Origin: a virus
Taxonomy: Duplodnaviria > Caudoviricetes
Virus record (IMG/VR): IMGVR_UViG_3300013121_000013
Coordinates: 1 to 64,000 of that record
Reading direction: 5' to 3' (one strand)
DNA length: 64,000 nucleotides
A model generated the notes under the pieces. It saw only the letters and a program-made list of their open reading frames with translations. It ran no database searches and had not been told where the DNA came from. A program made the position numbers and the translations under genes. How positions within the stretch are numbered: position 1 is the first letter of the stretch; every line of letters starts with the position of its first letter. Positions 55,030-64,000 of the stretch are shown one piece after another.

Positions 55030-56004
55030 ATGCCTATTACTAATTCTTCAGTTCCGCCTTCTGACCCAGGAGCGGCTAACGAAGCTGCGCAGACAGATCT
55101 AAGCGCATTCATTATACGCCCTGTCACTACTAGATTTTACGACAATATCGTACAGGGCAAACGTAGAGGTGTTCAAATCTCTCAAGGACAATACGCTAAT
55201 ATAGTAATGGAAATGAGGGACCCACAAGGAAACGTTGTAGACTTAACACCATTTAGCCTACCTCTTAGCATTCCCACAGAACAAGTTCTAGTTAGATTTG
55301 GTGAAGCAGTTTATGCAACTACAGGAGTTAGCGGCAATGCAGCCATTACTTTAGAAGAAGAAACTGGAGAAATAACTGACGCGGCAAGTGGTTTGGTCCA
55401 ATTCCCTATATCAACTTCTGTTTCTGAATTACCAGGAGTGTATATAGCAGAAGTTGGAATTTTTAGTGCTGGTGGTCATATGCACTTTTCTAACACAATA
55501 TACATATATGTAAATAAGGGCCTTTTTACAGGTACTTCTAGCGCTGCTGCTGTTAGTAATTTTGGTCCACCTACATTGGAAGAGATAAGAGTAGCTATTA
55601 GGGATAATGGTCCTCAAGAAAATCTACTACTTGACGACTTAGAGTTTGATATAGCAGAAATAGGAGATTGTGTTAAAAGAGCTGTTATGGCGTGGAATGA
55701 GGCCCAGCCCCCTATAAACGTCTTCTACACTACTAGGAATTTTCCGTTTAAGGAAAATCTTCTGAGAGGCACTATCGGACTTTTGTTTAGAACTGCCGGA
55801 ATGAGATCTTTCAGAAATGAATTCCAGTACTCAGCTGGAGGTTTATCTATAAACGATCAGAGTCAGTGGAAGCAATACCTTCCTATAGGCAACGAATTTT
55901 GGGAAGAGTACAGAACTTGGGTAAGGCAGAAGAAAGCTCAATTTAATGCAGAAGCTGCAATGGGCTCACTTGGATCTGCTTATGGTTTCTATAGAAAAGG
56001 ATAA
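55030..56004 (+). CDS. Putative head-tail adaptor (neck) protein
   Basis: GGAGG RBS; IRD....N.LLD, YSAGGLSINDQ; synteny. Confidence 0.5.
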   Translation: MPITNSSVPPSDPGAANEAAQTDLSAFIIRPVTTRFYDNIVQGKRRGVQISQGQYANIVMEMRDPQGNVVDLTPFSLPLSIPTEQVLVRFGEAVYATTGVSGNAAITLEEETGEITDAASGLVQFPISTSVSELPGVYIAEVGIFSAGGHMHFSNTIYIYVNKGLFTGTSSAAAVSNFGPPTLEEIRVAIRDNGPQENLLLDDLEFDIAEIGDCVKRAVMAWNEAQPPINVFYTTRNFPFKENLLRGTIGLLFRTAGMRSFRNEFQYSAGGLSINDQSQWKQYLPIGNEFWEEYRTWVRQKKAQFNAEAAMGSLGSAYGFYRKG

Positions 56005-56009
56005 CTATT

Positions 56010-56027
56010 TTGATAGATGTCTATCAA
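56010..56027. promoter_or_regulatory. Palindromic motif copy 6 (TTGATAGATGTCTATCAA)
   Basis: Between a stop codon and a GGAGG RBS. Confidence 0.65.
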
Positions 56028-56040
56028 CGGAGGCAGCCCT

Positions 56041-56922
56041 ATGACTCTTAGAAAGAGAATTCAACAATCTGCAAATCCAGAACGAGTTCCTATCTTTCCA
56101 ATAGATCAGGATGCTTTTCATAGGGTTTCTGTTGATTACCTAACCAAGGGCGGCGCTAGAATAAGATGGGAAATGGCTCATCATTTTGTAAGGCCTGCAC
56201 CGCACACTTTTCAGTTACAAACTACTTCTGGTAATGTAGCGGAAGCTGATGATTGGGAAGATGTTGGAAGTCCGGTCGTTAATACATTTTATGCCATGGA
56301 TAATACAAGAAGATTATATGGCAAAACTAGGCATATTTCTTATAGAATAAAGTTAACAGATGCGGCTAATGTAGTTTACTACTCTAAGCCTGCGTTAACT
56401 TTAGGACAGTGGACCAAAAGAGACTGGGTTATAGCCCAAGAAATACTTCGCAGAGAACAATTAAGAGCAAAAAGATACACTTCAGTTGATGGTTACATAT
56501 TTAAACGAAGACGATATGGAACTCAATGCCCAGAGGATAATTGCCTAGATCCTATAACTGGGGAAATCATGAATAGTAACTGCGAAGTTTGCGGAGGTAC
56601 TGGAATTGTATTTGGATATTACGATCCAGTAGCTGCGTCGTACGCAGATGTAACTAATGAAAATTCTAGAGAGCATAGAGATAATCAATCAAGGGCTACG
56701 GTAAACGACGTTACTATATCAGGAAGATTCTTTAATTTTCCACCTCTTGTTCAGGGCGATATATGGGTAAACAGATTCTCTGATGAAAGATACTATATTC
56801 ATCAAGTCGGAGAACTGGCGTCACATAGAGGGGTTCCTATAGTCTGGAATGTAGAATTAAGAAAAGCGGAAGATACAGATAAGATTTATCATGACCCAAT
56901 TTTTAATGTAGAAGATAAATAA
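56041..56922 (+). CDS. Putative neck/head-closure protein with Zn finger
   Basis: C..C...CEVCGGTG motif; synteny. Confidence 0.5.
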   Translation: MTLRKRIQQSANPERVPIFPIDQDAFHRVSVDYLTKGGARIRWEMAHHFVRPAPHTFQLQTTSGNVAEADDWEDVGSPVVNTFYAMDNTRRLYGKTRHISYRIKLTDAANVVYYSKPALTLGQWTKRDWVIAQEILRREQLRAKRYTSVDGYIFKRRRYGTQCPEDNCLDPITGEIMNSNCEVCGGTGIVFGYYDPVAASYADVTNENSREHRDNQSRATVNDVTISGRFFNFPPLVQGDIWVNRFSDERYYIHQVGELASHRGVPIVWNVELRKAEDTDKIYHDPIFNVEDK

Positions 56923-56932
56923 GGGCGATAGC

Positions 56933-57133
56933 ATGTCACAAAATAAAGTTCTCGAAGGCGGCGTTCTACCTAAAAAGAAAGATAGACAGGCATTGCGTAA
57001 AATTAAGATCTTGGAGACAATAAAGCTATCTATGTATAAACCCAATCAGGACCTGATAGATGAAGCTATGCCTGATATCTTTAATAGTGAGTCTAGAGAT
57101 AGAAAAAGCTCTGGAGGCCTAAGAGTTATATAA
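56933..57133 (+). CDS. Small hypothetical protein
   Basis: 66 aa, coupled to the next gene. Confidence 0.5.
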   Translation: MSQNKVLEGGVLPKKKDRQALRKIKILETIKLSMYKPNQDLIDEAMPDIFNSESRDRKSSGGLRVI

Positions 57134-57768
57134 TGTCAGGTTCTACTATAAACCTTCAGGAATTCTGTACAAAGCTTTGTTCAGTTTGTAGAACTGGATG
57201 GAGATTAAGGCTTTTAACTGGTTTCGTAACTCTATGGATGAGATCTCACTTCTCTAGTGCTGATTCAATAGATGACCCAGCGTTAAAGCACAGAATATGG
57301 AAACCAACACAAGATACCGGAATACTGATTGAAAGTATTAGTAAATGGGACCCAAAAACTACTGGTAAAAGACCAGCTATTATAGTTAAAAGAAATCCAC
57401 AAAAGATATTAAGGCAAATTATAGAAGATAGGCTAATGCCTGGTATGGGGCCTGAAAGCACAAGAAATATCTTCTCTTCATTTAGACAGGGCAGTCATAC
57501 TATTTTTTGCATAGGCGGAGAAAGTGCAGAGACAGAAATATTAGCTGAAGAAGTTGCCATAGAGTTAATACAGTTTGCTGCTGTATTAAGACAGCCTTTA
57601 AGATTACATAAATTACAAACAACGGAAATAGGTGATCTTTCATTGGTAGAAGAAGCCGATGAAAATTTTGTTGTGCCTATTACACTGGCGTATGCGTTTG
57701 AAGACACATGGGAACTCACAAACCGGGCTCCTCCGATTAGAAGAGTTGACCTGTCTGTGTTTATTTAA
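57133..57768 (+). CDS. Putative tail terminator/completion protein
   Basis: RPAIIVKR motif; directly upstream of the sheath gene. Confidence 0.5.
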   Translation: MSGSTINLQEFCTKLCSVCRTGWRLRLLTGFVTLWMRSHFSSADSIDDPALKHRIWKPTQDTGILIESISKWDPKTTGKRPAIIVKRNPQKILRQIIEDRLMPGMGPESTRNIFSSFRQGSHTIFCIGGESAETEILAEEVAIELIQFAAVLRQPLRLHKLQTTEIGDLSLVEEADENFVVPITLAYAFEDTWELTNRAPPIRRVDLSVFI

Positions 57769-57787
57769 CATCTGGTAGGAGGACAAA

Positions 57788-60589
57788 ATGCCACAAGTTT
57801 TAACAGCTGGGTCAGTAATTGACAGCGGACGTAGAATCAAGACCTCATTCGGCGCCCCTCTTCGTCCACTTATTTTTGGATCGAAAGCTGGGTTACATAG
57901 ATATTCGGTCGCAGGAGAAAAGACAGAGATCTCTCTTGGTGATTACGACGTAAACCAAAATACTGTTTATAGCTATCCGGATAAGGCTTCTGGCTCTATT
58001 GTAGATCTGGACTATGTGAAGCTTTACATGGACGATGCGTATTTACAGTACTTAGCTAAATATATAGGTGTAGGTAGCGGGACTGTTGCTCCAGTAGCTA
58101 ATTACAATAATAGAGTTAGGGCATCAGATTTAGTATTTAAAGAATACACAAATGCTGCAGGTACGACTTTTTCTAGATCTTCTGACTTCTATGACAGAGA
58201 CGTAGCTGTAGGAGACATAGTAAGAGTTAGAGGAACAGTAGGAAGCCAATCTACTACGTTCACTACCAGCGTTAATGGATTTATAAACGAATCAATCCCA
58301 TCTGTTATAGGCGCAGCCTCCGCAGACTCTGACAATGCCGCAAGCCAAAGCTCTAGTACTTCTATCAGTCAAGTAGCTGATACTCCAGTCAATGAAGTTG
58401 TAGCTACCGCCGATGGTAGCGCTTATGATGGCCTTGCTGACGGGGATATTAGTGAAACCTACACTATCACTGTCATACAATCATCAACCAATAGTGATGC
58501 CACTACAGCAAGACTTCAAGTTACCAGCGCCAGCGGTAATGATGATCAGGCTTCTGTAACTCCAGCCGCTTTTGGGGATCCTACAGATATCGGAACTAGA
58601 GGCCTAACTGTCACATTTGCACTAAGCGGTCCAGGAACGTCTGAATCTATAGATCAAAACGATCTTGTGGTGGGGCAATCTTGGACGGTAACTGTAGAGC
58701 AAAGCTTCACTCCTCCGACAGCTACCTCTGGAGGAACAGCAGCGACAGGTCTACCCACAACAACCTATATAATCACTGTTACAAGAGGCGGGTCGTTCGT
58801 AGATCCAACTCCTCCTCAAATCACGGTCTCTACAACAACTGGCGTTGATGTGAGCGGACCAACTAACGCTACTGTATCAACAGCTTTGGCGGTAGGTACA
58901 TATGGAGTCACTGTCACTTTTACAGGGTCTGCACTGCGTAAGGGGGATATTTATCACATCTCCACAACTCGTACACAGCTTGGTGCTTATAAAACAATTA
59001 TCTTGAAGGATAGTCTTCCCTCAGGCTTAGTTGGAGCTACAGATCTTGATATTTGGTTATTCATTGAGAAAAATGGATTACTCATTACTGAAAATAGGCT
59101 GCCCAGTCCTCCAGATAAGAACTGGGTTGCAGCAGCGTCAACTTTTACAGTGAATTCAGATATAGAAGTTTACGAGGATAGTTGGACAGACGACGGCACG
59201 CCTCTAAGTCTGCCTGTCGTTGAAGGCACTATGTATCTTGAATACAGAGAGTGGCTGACGTCTGGTGGAAATACTATATACAACATATATGACGTTTCTG
59301 AAGTAGAAGCTACGTTCGGAACGGTTGATCCAGATAATCCAATTGCCTATGCCGTGGACAAGGCTCTTAGAAATACTGGATATAACAACCTTACCGGAGT
59401 ATCCGTAGATGATATAGACATCGTTAGGGCAGTATGGCTAGCTGATGACCCATCAGAAACTCAAAGCTGGCAGGATGTTCTAGATCTAGTTGAAGGTGTA
59501 GAGAGCATTTATAATCTCATACCTCTCACTACAGATACCGATGTTCTAAATATCGTAGCGTCTCACGTTTCGACTGAATCGGCGGCAGAAGTGGCCAGCT
59601 TTAGAGCCGCAATATTCCAGCTTACAGCGCCCAGCGTACAGACTATAAGATCTACAAACGACGACTCGTCGGTTATCTTGGCTACACTCGTCCAAAATCC
59701 TGAAGTTACATCTACCTCTTATAGTCAGTTTGTGGTTGAGGGACAAACACCGAAATTTATTACAAGCGGTGTAGTGGCGGGTGACGTTGTGAGATATCTA
59801 TATACCACAGACGGGTTCGGAAGCGAAACATACACGGAGTTCACAATCGCTTCTGTAGTCTCTGAAGATACACTTCTAGTAGAGACGGGGCATACATCTG
59901 CAGTGAACGTGGCGCAAAAGATAGTAATCGTAAGATATCCTAGTAAGGCAGAAATTATCACTGATCTTATAACTCAGGCAGAGTCTTATGGTTCTGATAG
60001 AGTTCTTGCTATTTGGCCTGATACTATTAACGACGCTGGACAAGAAGTCGCAGGATATTATCTTGCAGCAGCTCTCGGAGGATTAATGGGCTCTGTTGCC
60101 CCACATCAGCCTTTGACAAATGTTGAAGTCCTTGGTTTCGATGCTGTTTCTAGATCTAAAGATTTCTTCACCAATAAGCAACTTCAGCAACTCGCAGATG
60201 GTGGCGTATTTGTTGTTACAGAGGCACCAGATGGTACTGTCTATATTCGAAAAGCTTGGACAACCGATCCTTCGTCTATAGGCTCTAGAGAGGAAATGGC
60301 TAGACGCAATAGTGATGCAGCCAGATTTGCAATACTTAGTAAGTGGCACGACTACATCGGTAATGCAAACAATGTCCCATCAACTTATGCTGCGATGAAT
60401 GGTGACTTTACCGGCGTTATCGGAGAAATGAGAAGTGACACCTTCTTACCTAGATTAGGGTCTATGGTACTGGCGGGCAGTCTTGACGAATTGCGATCTC
60501 ATGCTGTACTTGCTGATAGGGCAGTTGCAAACATAACTTTACAGGTGCCTTATCCTCTTAATGTTATAGAGCTAAACGTTGTTATATAA
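57788..60589 (+). CDS. Contractile tail sheath protein
   Basis: 933 aa; FGTVDPDNPI, YYLAAALGGL...PHQPLTN, C-terminal VPYPLNVIEL. Confidence 0.85.
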   Translation: MPQVLTAGSVIDSGRRIKTSFGAPLRPLIFGSKAGLHRYSVAGEKTEISLGDYDVNQNTVYSYPDKASGSIVDLDYVKLYMDDAYLQYLAKYIGVGSGTVAPVANYNNRVRASDLVFKEYTNAAGTTFSRSSDFYDRDVAVGDIVRVRGTVGSQSTTFTTSVNGFINESIPSVIGAASADSDNAASQSSSTSISQVADTPVNEVVATADGSAYDGLADGDISETYTITVIQSSTNSDATTARLQVTSASGNDDQASVTPAAFGDPTDIGTRGLTVTFALSGPGTSESIDQNDLVVGQSWTVTVEQSFTPPTATSGGTAATGLPTTTYIITVTRGGSFVDPTPPQITVSTTTGVDVSGPTNATVSTALAVGTYGVTVTFTGSALRKGDIYHISTTRTQLGAYKTIILKDSLPSGLVGATDLDIWLFIEKNGLLITENRLPSPPDKNWVAAASTFTVNSDIEVYEDSWTDDGTPLSLPVVEGTMYLEYREWLTSGGNTIYNIYDVSEVEATFGTVDPDNPIAYAVDKALRNTGYNNLTGVSVDDIDIVRAVWLADDPSETQSWQDVLDLVEGVESIYNLIPLTTDTDVLNIVASHVSTESAAEVASFRAAIFQLTAPSVQTIRSTNDDSSVILATLVQNPEVTSTSYSQFVVEGQTPKFITSGVVAGDVVRYLYTTDGFGSETYTEFTIASVVSEDTLLVETGHTSAVNVAQKIVIVRYPSKAEIITDLITQAESYGSDRVLAIWPDTINDAGQEVAGYYLAAALGGLMGSVAPHQPLTNVEVLGFDAVSRSKDFFTNKQLQQLADGGVFVVTEAPDGTVYIRKAWTTDPSSIGSREEMARRNSDAARFAILSKWHDYIGNANNVPSTYAAMNGDFTGVIGEMRSDTFLPRLGSMVLAGSLDELRSHAVLADRAVANITLQVPYPLNVIELNVVI

Positions 60590-60607
60590 AATTTGACAAA
60601 TAACTAA

Positions 60608-60631
60608 TCGGCGGATAGAGATATCCGCCGA
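60608..60631 (+). other. GNRA-capped hairpin between the sheath and tube genes
   Basis: TCGGCGGATA-GAGA-TATCCGCCGA, no U tract. Confidence 0.6.
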
Positions 60632-60658
60632 CTATTGAAATGACATGGAGGTCCTAAT

Positions 60659-61309
60659 ATGGCCGATATTTTTAACCGACGGTCTATGCAAATAGGTAAT
60701 TCCTTTGCAGCAGATTCGGCGGTAATCAACTTTAGTGGTGGAGGTCTTGCTCCAGGTGCTGGATCTGGATTGTTGGTACAGAATATGGGCTTCCAGTATC
60801 AGCAGCCAGTTACTCGTATCTACGAGCTTGGAACTCAGTTAACATATTATATTGCCGGCAGGCCTCAAGGTAACGGTAATATCGGAAGAATACTAGGTCC
60901 GGGCCCTGTTGTATTATCATTTTATACTGCATATGGCGACGTATGTAAGGCTGCCAGAAACAATATCAACATTTGGGCGTCTGCTCTATGCAACCCGTCC
61001 TTGGGGCAATCACTAGGACCAACGGCAAACGCTTTGTTAGGCTTAGTTGGACTTGGAGGCGCTAGAATAGCCCCAGGCATTAAATGGTGCCTTACTGGTG
61101 TAGTTCTTAATAGCGTAGGTATGACTATAGCCGCGCAAGATATGATAATGAATGAGACCCTAGGATTTATGTTCGTTGCCTTGGAAGTATGTCAGGCTTC
61201 ACAGTTTGCGCTACCTTGGTCAGCCGGAGCCTGCTGCCCAGTTTCTGCACCAGCAGCAACACAAGCAGGTGCTGCTCCACTACCTTTACTTAGAACAGTT
61301 AGCGGCTAA
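60659..61309 (+). CDS. Putative tail tube protein
   Basis: Follows the sheath gene; LVQN..FQYQQPVTRIYELG motif. Confidence 0.7.
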   Translation: MADIFNRRSMQIGNSFAADSAVINFSGGGLAPGAGSGLLVQNMGFQYQQPVTRIYELGTQLTYYIAGRPQGNGNIGRILGPGPVVLSFYTAYGDVCKAARNNINIWASALCNPSLGQSLGPTANALLGLVGLGGARIAPGIKWCLTGVVLNSVGMTIAAQDMIMNETLGFMFVALEVCQASQFALPWSAGACCPVSAPAATQAGAAPLPLLRTVSG

Positions 61310-61360
61310 TTTTCCATAGACAATTCTAGTGATTTAGAGAAGCCCAGAAATAAGGAATGA

Positions 61361-64000
61361 ATGAACGACAGCACTTTAGATCTGGACTATTTAATTGAAT
61401 CCTACATCGATAACGAAGTTATTCCAAAATCCGAAGCGATGCGAGATCGCTTCGGATCTTATTGGTTACACCGTCAAGATCTGGGCAATTCAAGTATAAT
61501 ACGCTTTGGCCGTATAGTAGATTACGTGCCATACGCTAATGCATACAAAGTACAAGCTGATCAACAATCTATAATTTGGTGTACAACACTAACAGACACC
61601 GGGCTGCAGCCGTTTGGCGCGAAGTCAATTAATACCCTTCCGGCCGGTGCTGGCGTTTTCTATTTATGGTATAGAGAATCCCATTGGGGCTACATTATAG
61701 GGGTAGTTCCAGATTTTATTACAAATAAAGAAAAAGGGCAGTCTGACTATATAAGTCCTGGAAGCAGGGCTGGAATATTAGCAGATGCAGCTCATAGAAA
61801 TCTGATGAGCTTGCAATTCAACGGAGGCGTGGTCAACTGGTCTGCCGGCAGACCAGTTGACTCTACAGGTGTAGGCGAGTGGGGTGCTATTACTGAAACT
61901 GGCTTAATGTTCTTTCTAGACCCATATATGGCTTGCATGAAGGTTAATGAAGAGACTGGTATTTGGGGATTTTTCTACGATCAACTCTTAAGAATAGCTG
62001 GACATAATTTGCAATTTAGAACAGCTATGCGTGATCAATATGAATTTGATGACCAAGACGAACCTTCTATGGTGTCCGGTATTACGCCATATACGTGGGA
62101 AAGATTGGGACTTTGGTCGTGGGGTAATACTTCAGGCCATAGAGTAAACTCGCCGCTTAAAACTCAAGTCTCCAATACAGAGCTAGCCAGGATAGAGCCC
62201 GCATATTCTGATCAACAGCCATTCATGCGTAAGTTAGAGTTTGAAGGCTACTTAGGTCAGGGTGGATCTAGATTAATTTCTTTACCTCCTTGTCCAGTCC
62301 CAGAATCGGATTTAGATCTTAATAGATTTTCTATTGATAGAAGCTTCCCAGGAGCGTTTGAAGAGCACATAGCTCTGACAGGTGCGTATTCAATAAGGAG
62401 CGCCAAAGAGATAATAATCTCCAAACGCTGGGGCGTTACGCCTAAACAAAAAGTATTGCCTGAGGACGATAACGGCGATAATGAAACAAATTATAAATCA
62501 GGCGGTATGCTCGGAGATGGCGATGCACACCTTATTAAGGGAGAGCTTTCGCTCCACGAGGATGAAGATCTACAAGAAAATATACTTAGAAGATTAAGTA
62601 GTGCTGATTCTGAAGTTTGGGTGTTTAACTGGAAAAACCTACATCAGTTTCACTACCATAAGCGGGACTGGTACCTACCAGAACACTCTGAGCTTCCATG
62701 CACATTAGGTATTAGTTCCAGTATTTGTGAAAGTCTGGCTGAACTCAGTACTAATCAGTATATGTCTGCTCCTACACCTGTCGAAGTATACGTTGACCAT
62801 AGATATGGAAATACTAAATATTGGCTCAACGAAAGTGTGTTCATACTAACAGAGGATGGAGGAGTATCTCTTATAGACGGATATGGCGTCGAATGGAGGT
62901 CCACTGGCGGAAATCTTGATATATTTGCTCCAGCAGATATTAATCTCCATGCTGGAAGAAGCTTTAATCTTATAGCCGGAAAAGACATAAACCTTAGAGC
63001 AAATAACTCTATTGATATTATTTCTAACAATAAAGACGTAAGAATCAAAGCCGAGCATAACTTTATGGCACTATCTGGCAATGACGGATGTGGCGGTACG
63101 TTACTTGAAAATAGAGCTATCTGCCCAGCCTATGATTTTTGTCCAAATGTGGGCGAAGATGTGGTTCATAGTGGGATCTTTTTAAAGTCTTTTTCTAGCC
63201 GAGTTGCAGTTCAAGCTGCAGATGTTGTAATAGAAGCTAACTGCAATCCTCACTATGATGGGCAGTTAGTTCTTGACACTAACGATAGCCGATTGAGGGT
63301 TAGAACTGGATTCCTGGAAAGATTTGTTAGTTCAGCTATTCTTGACTTTTTTATAAACGACAACAATGAAGTAGTAAATGGTAATGAATGGTGGCAGAAT
63401 CAAACCGTAATAGGATCTCCAGTTTCTATTCATGGATGTATGCACGTATACGGTATACACAGCAAGGGAAATGTGGTAATCATAGATGGGCACATTGGAA
63501 CAAGTGAAGCAGCGACTAACAACTATACTGTGGCCCAAGTCACTAATGTTTCAACTATAGACGGACAATTTACGTCGCTAGATTCAGAACTTGCACAACT
63601 TGTTAGTGTTACCGGACCCCAAGAGTTTGATTTTGCGGCATATACAGCTTTAAAAAATATACATAATTCTGTAGAGTATTCACTAAGAACTAGTGAACAA
63701 TACGGAACTAATGGATATGTATTAGCCGAGAGTAGATGGCAGCAGACAGCAAGGTTATGCGAAGCTGGTGCTAGATGGGTAGAAAATCCTGTAGCGACTA
63801 GTTGTAGCACGCATGAGTTTATGTATCCATGGCCAGGCCCAGCTGTTTGGTGTAGCGATAGTGGTTACAAAATTTATAATCCTAAGTTTAAAAATCCAGC
63901 TTCTGGAAGTGTTGTTGATAGAGATACGGTGGATGGCGACTCGACAACTACTATCTATGAAGACGCAGTTCTTGCTAAATCTGCTAGCTTGAAGCCAGAT
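61361..64000 (+). CDS. Baseplate hub/spike (gp5/VgrG/GpV-like) protein, 3'-truncated; missing from the supplied ORF track
   Basis: ATG 61361 after AAGGA; frame appears open to the window end (translated only in part); OB-fold-like GRIVDY...YKV and beta-helix repeats DINLHAGRSFNLIAGKDINLRA. Confidence 0.7.
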   Translation, partial: MNDSTLDLDYLIESYIDNEVIPKSEAMRDRFGSYWLHRQDLGNSSIIRFGRIVDYVPYANAYKVQADQQSIIWCTTLTDTGLQPFGAKSINTLPAGAGVFYLWYRESHWGYIIGVVPDFITNKEKGQSDYISPGSRAGILADAAHRNLMSLQFNGGVVNWSAGRPVDSTGVGEWGAITETGLMFFLDPYMACMKVNEETGIWGFFYDQLLRIAGHNLQFRTAMRDQYEFDDQDEPSMVSGITPYTWERLGLWSWGNTSGHRVNSPLKTQVSNTELARIEPAYSDQQPFMRKLEFEGYLGQGGSRLISLPPCPVPESDLDLNRFSIDRSFPGAFEEHIALTGAYSIRSAKEIIISKRWGVTPKQKVLPEDDNGDNETNYKSGGMLGDGDAHLIKGELSLHEDEDLQENILRRLSSADSEVWVFNWKNLHQFHYHKRDWYLPEHSELPCTLGISSSICESLAELSTNQYMSAPTPVEVYVDHRYGNTKYWLNESVFILTEDGGVSLIDGYGVEWRSTGGNLDIFAPADINLHAGRSFNLIAGKDINLRANNSIDIISNNKDVRIKAEHNFMALSGNDGCGGTLLENRAICPAYDFCPNVGEDVVHSGIFLKSFSSRVAVQAADVVIEANCNPHYDGQLVLDTNDSRLRVRTGFLERFVSSAILDFFINDNNEVVNGNEWWQNQTVIGSPVSIHGCMHVYGIHSKGNVVIIDGHIGTSEAATNNYTVAQVTNVSTIDGQFTSLDSELAQLVSVTGPQEFDFAAYTALKNIHNSVEYSLRTSEQYGTNGYVLAESRWQQTARLCEAGARWVENPVATSCSTHEFMYPWPGPAVWCSDSGYKIYNPKFKNPASGSVVDRDTVDGDSTTTIYEDAVLAKSASLKPD

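Noticed and set aside
1-64000. Stop-codon reassignment or bacterial chromosome origin
   Set aside because: Genes are long and tightly packed in the standard code. The RNAP genes lack ribosomal-operon context and sit next to capsid and tail genes.

Overview
A 64 kb segment of a large tailed (myovirus-type, probably jumbo) bacteriophage genome. Nearly all genes are on the + strand and read in the standard bacterial code. Left: accessory genes (MMP-like matrixin, C39-like peptidase, HEAT-repeat protein, glycosyltransferases, a PAS protein). At 8.9-11.5 kb there is a dense non-coding operon: 7 tRNAs interleaved with nine copies of a Y-RNA-like module and several other structured RNAs, followed directly by a Ro60/TROVE gene and a 2H-phosphoesterase/Nudix fusion. 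The Y-like module has covarying stems, a 5' RAC-TG and TACAYC signature and a 3' YTY-GTY signature. Each copy carries a different insert: three different tRNA-fusion topologies, three unknown folds, and three minimal forms. This array is the most novel element in the window. Middle: LigD-type phosphoesterase/ATP-dependent DNA ligase, a MoxR-vWA module, and a phage multisubunit RNA polymerase (beta fused to the N-terminal part of beta', with 3 inteins, plus a separate C-terminal beta' gene). Right: head genes (putative protease, scaffold, major capsid), neck, tail sheath, tail tube and a baseplate spike ORF truncated by the window end. Two window-wide signals stand out: an 18-bp palindrome (TTGATAGAYGTCTATCAA) in six copies, mostly at gene junctions, and a K-x-A/S motif that recurs at domain boundaries of presumed virion proteins. 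All family assignments come from motifs recognised by eye; no database searches were run.
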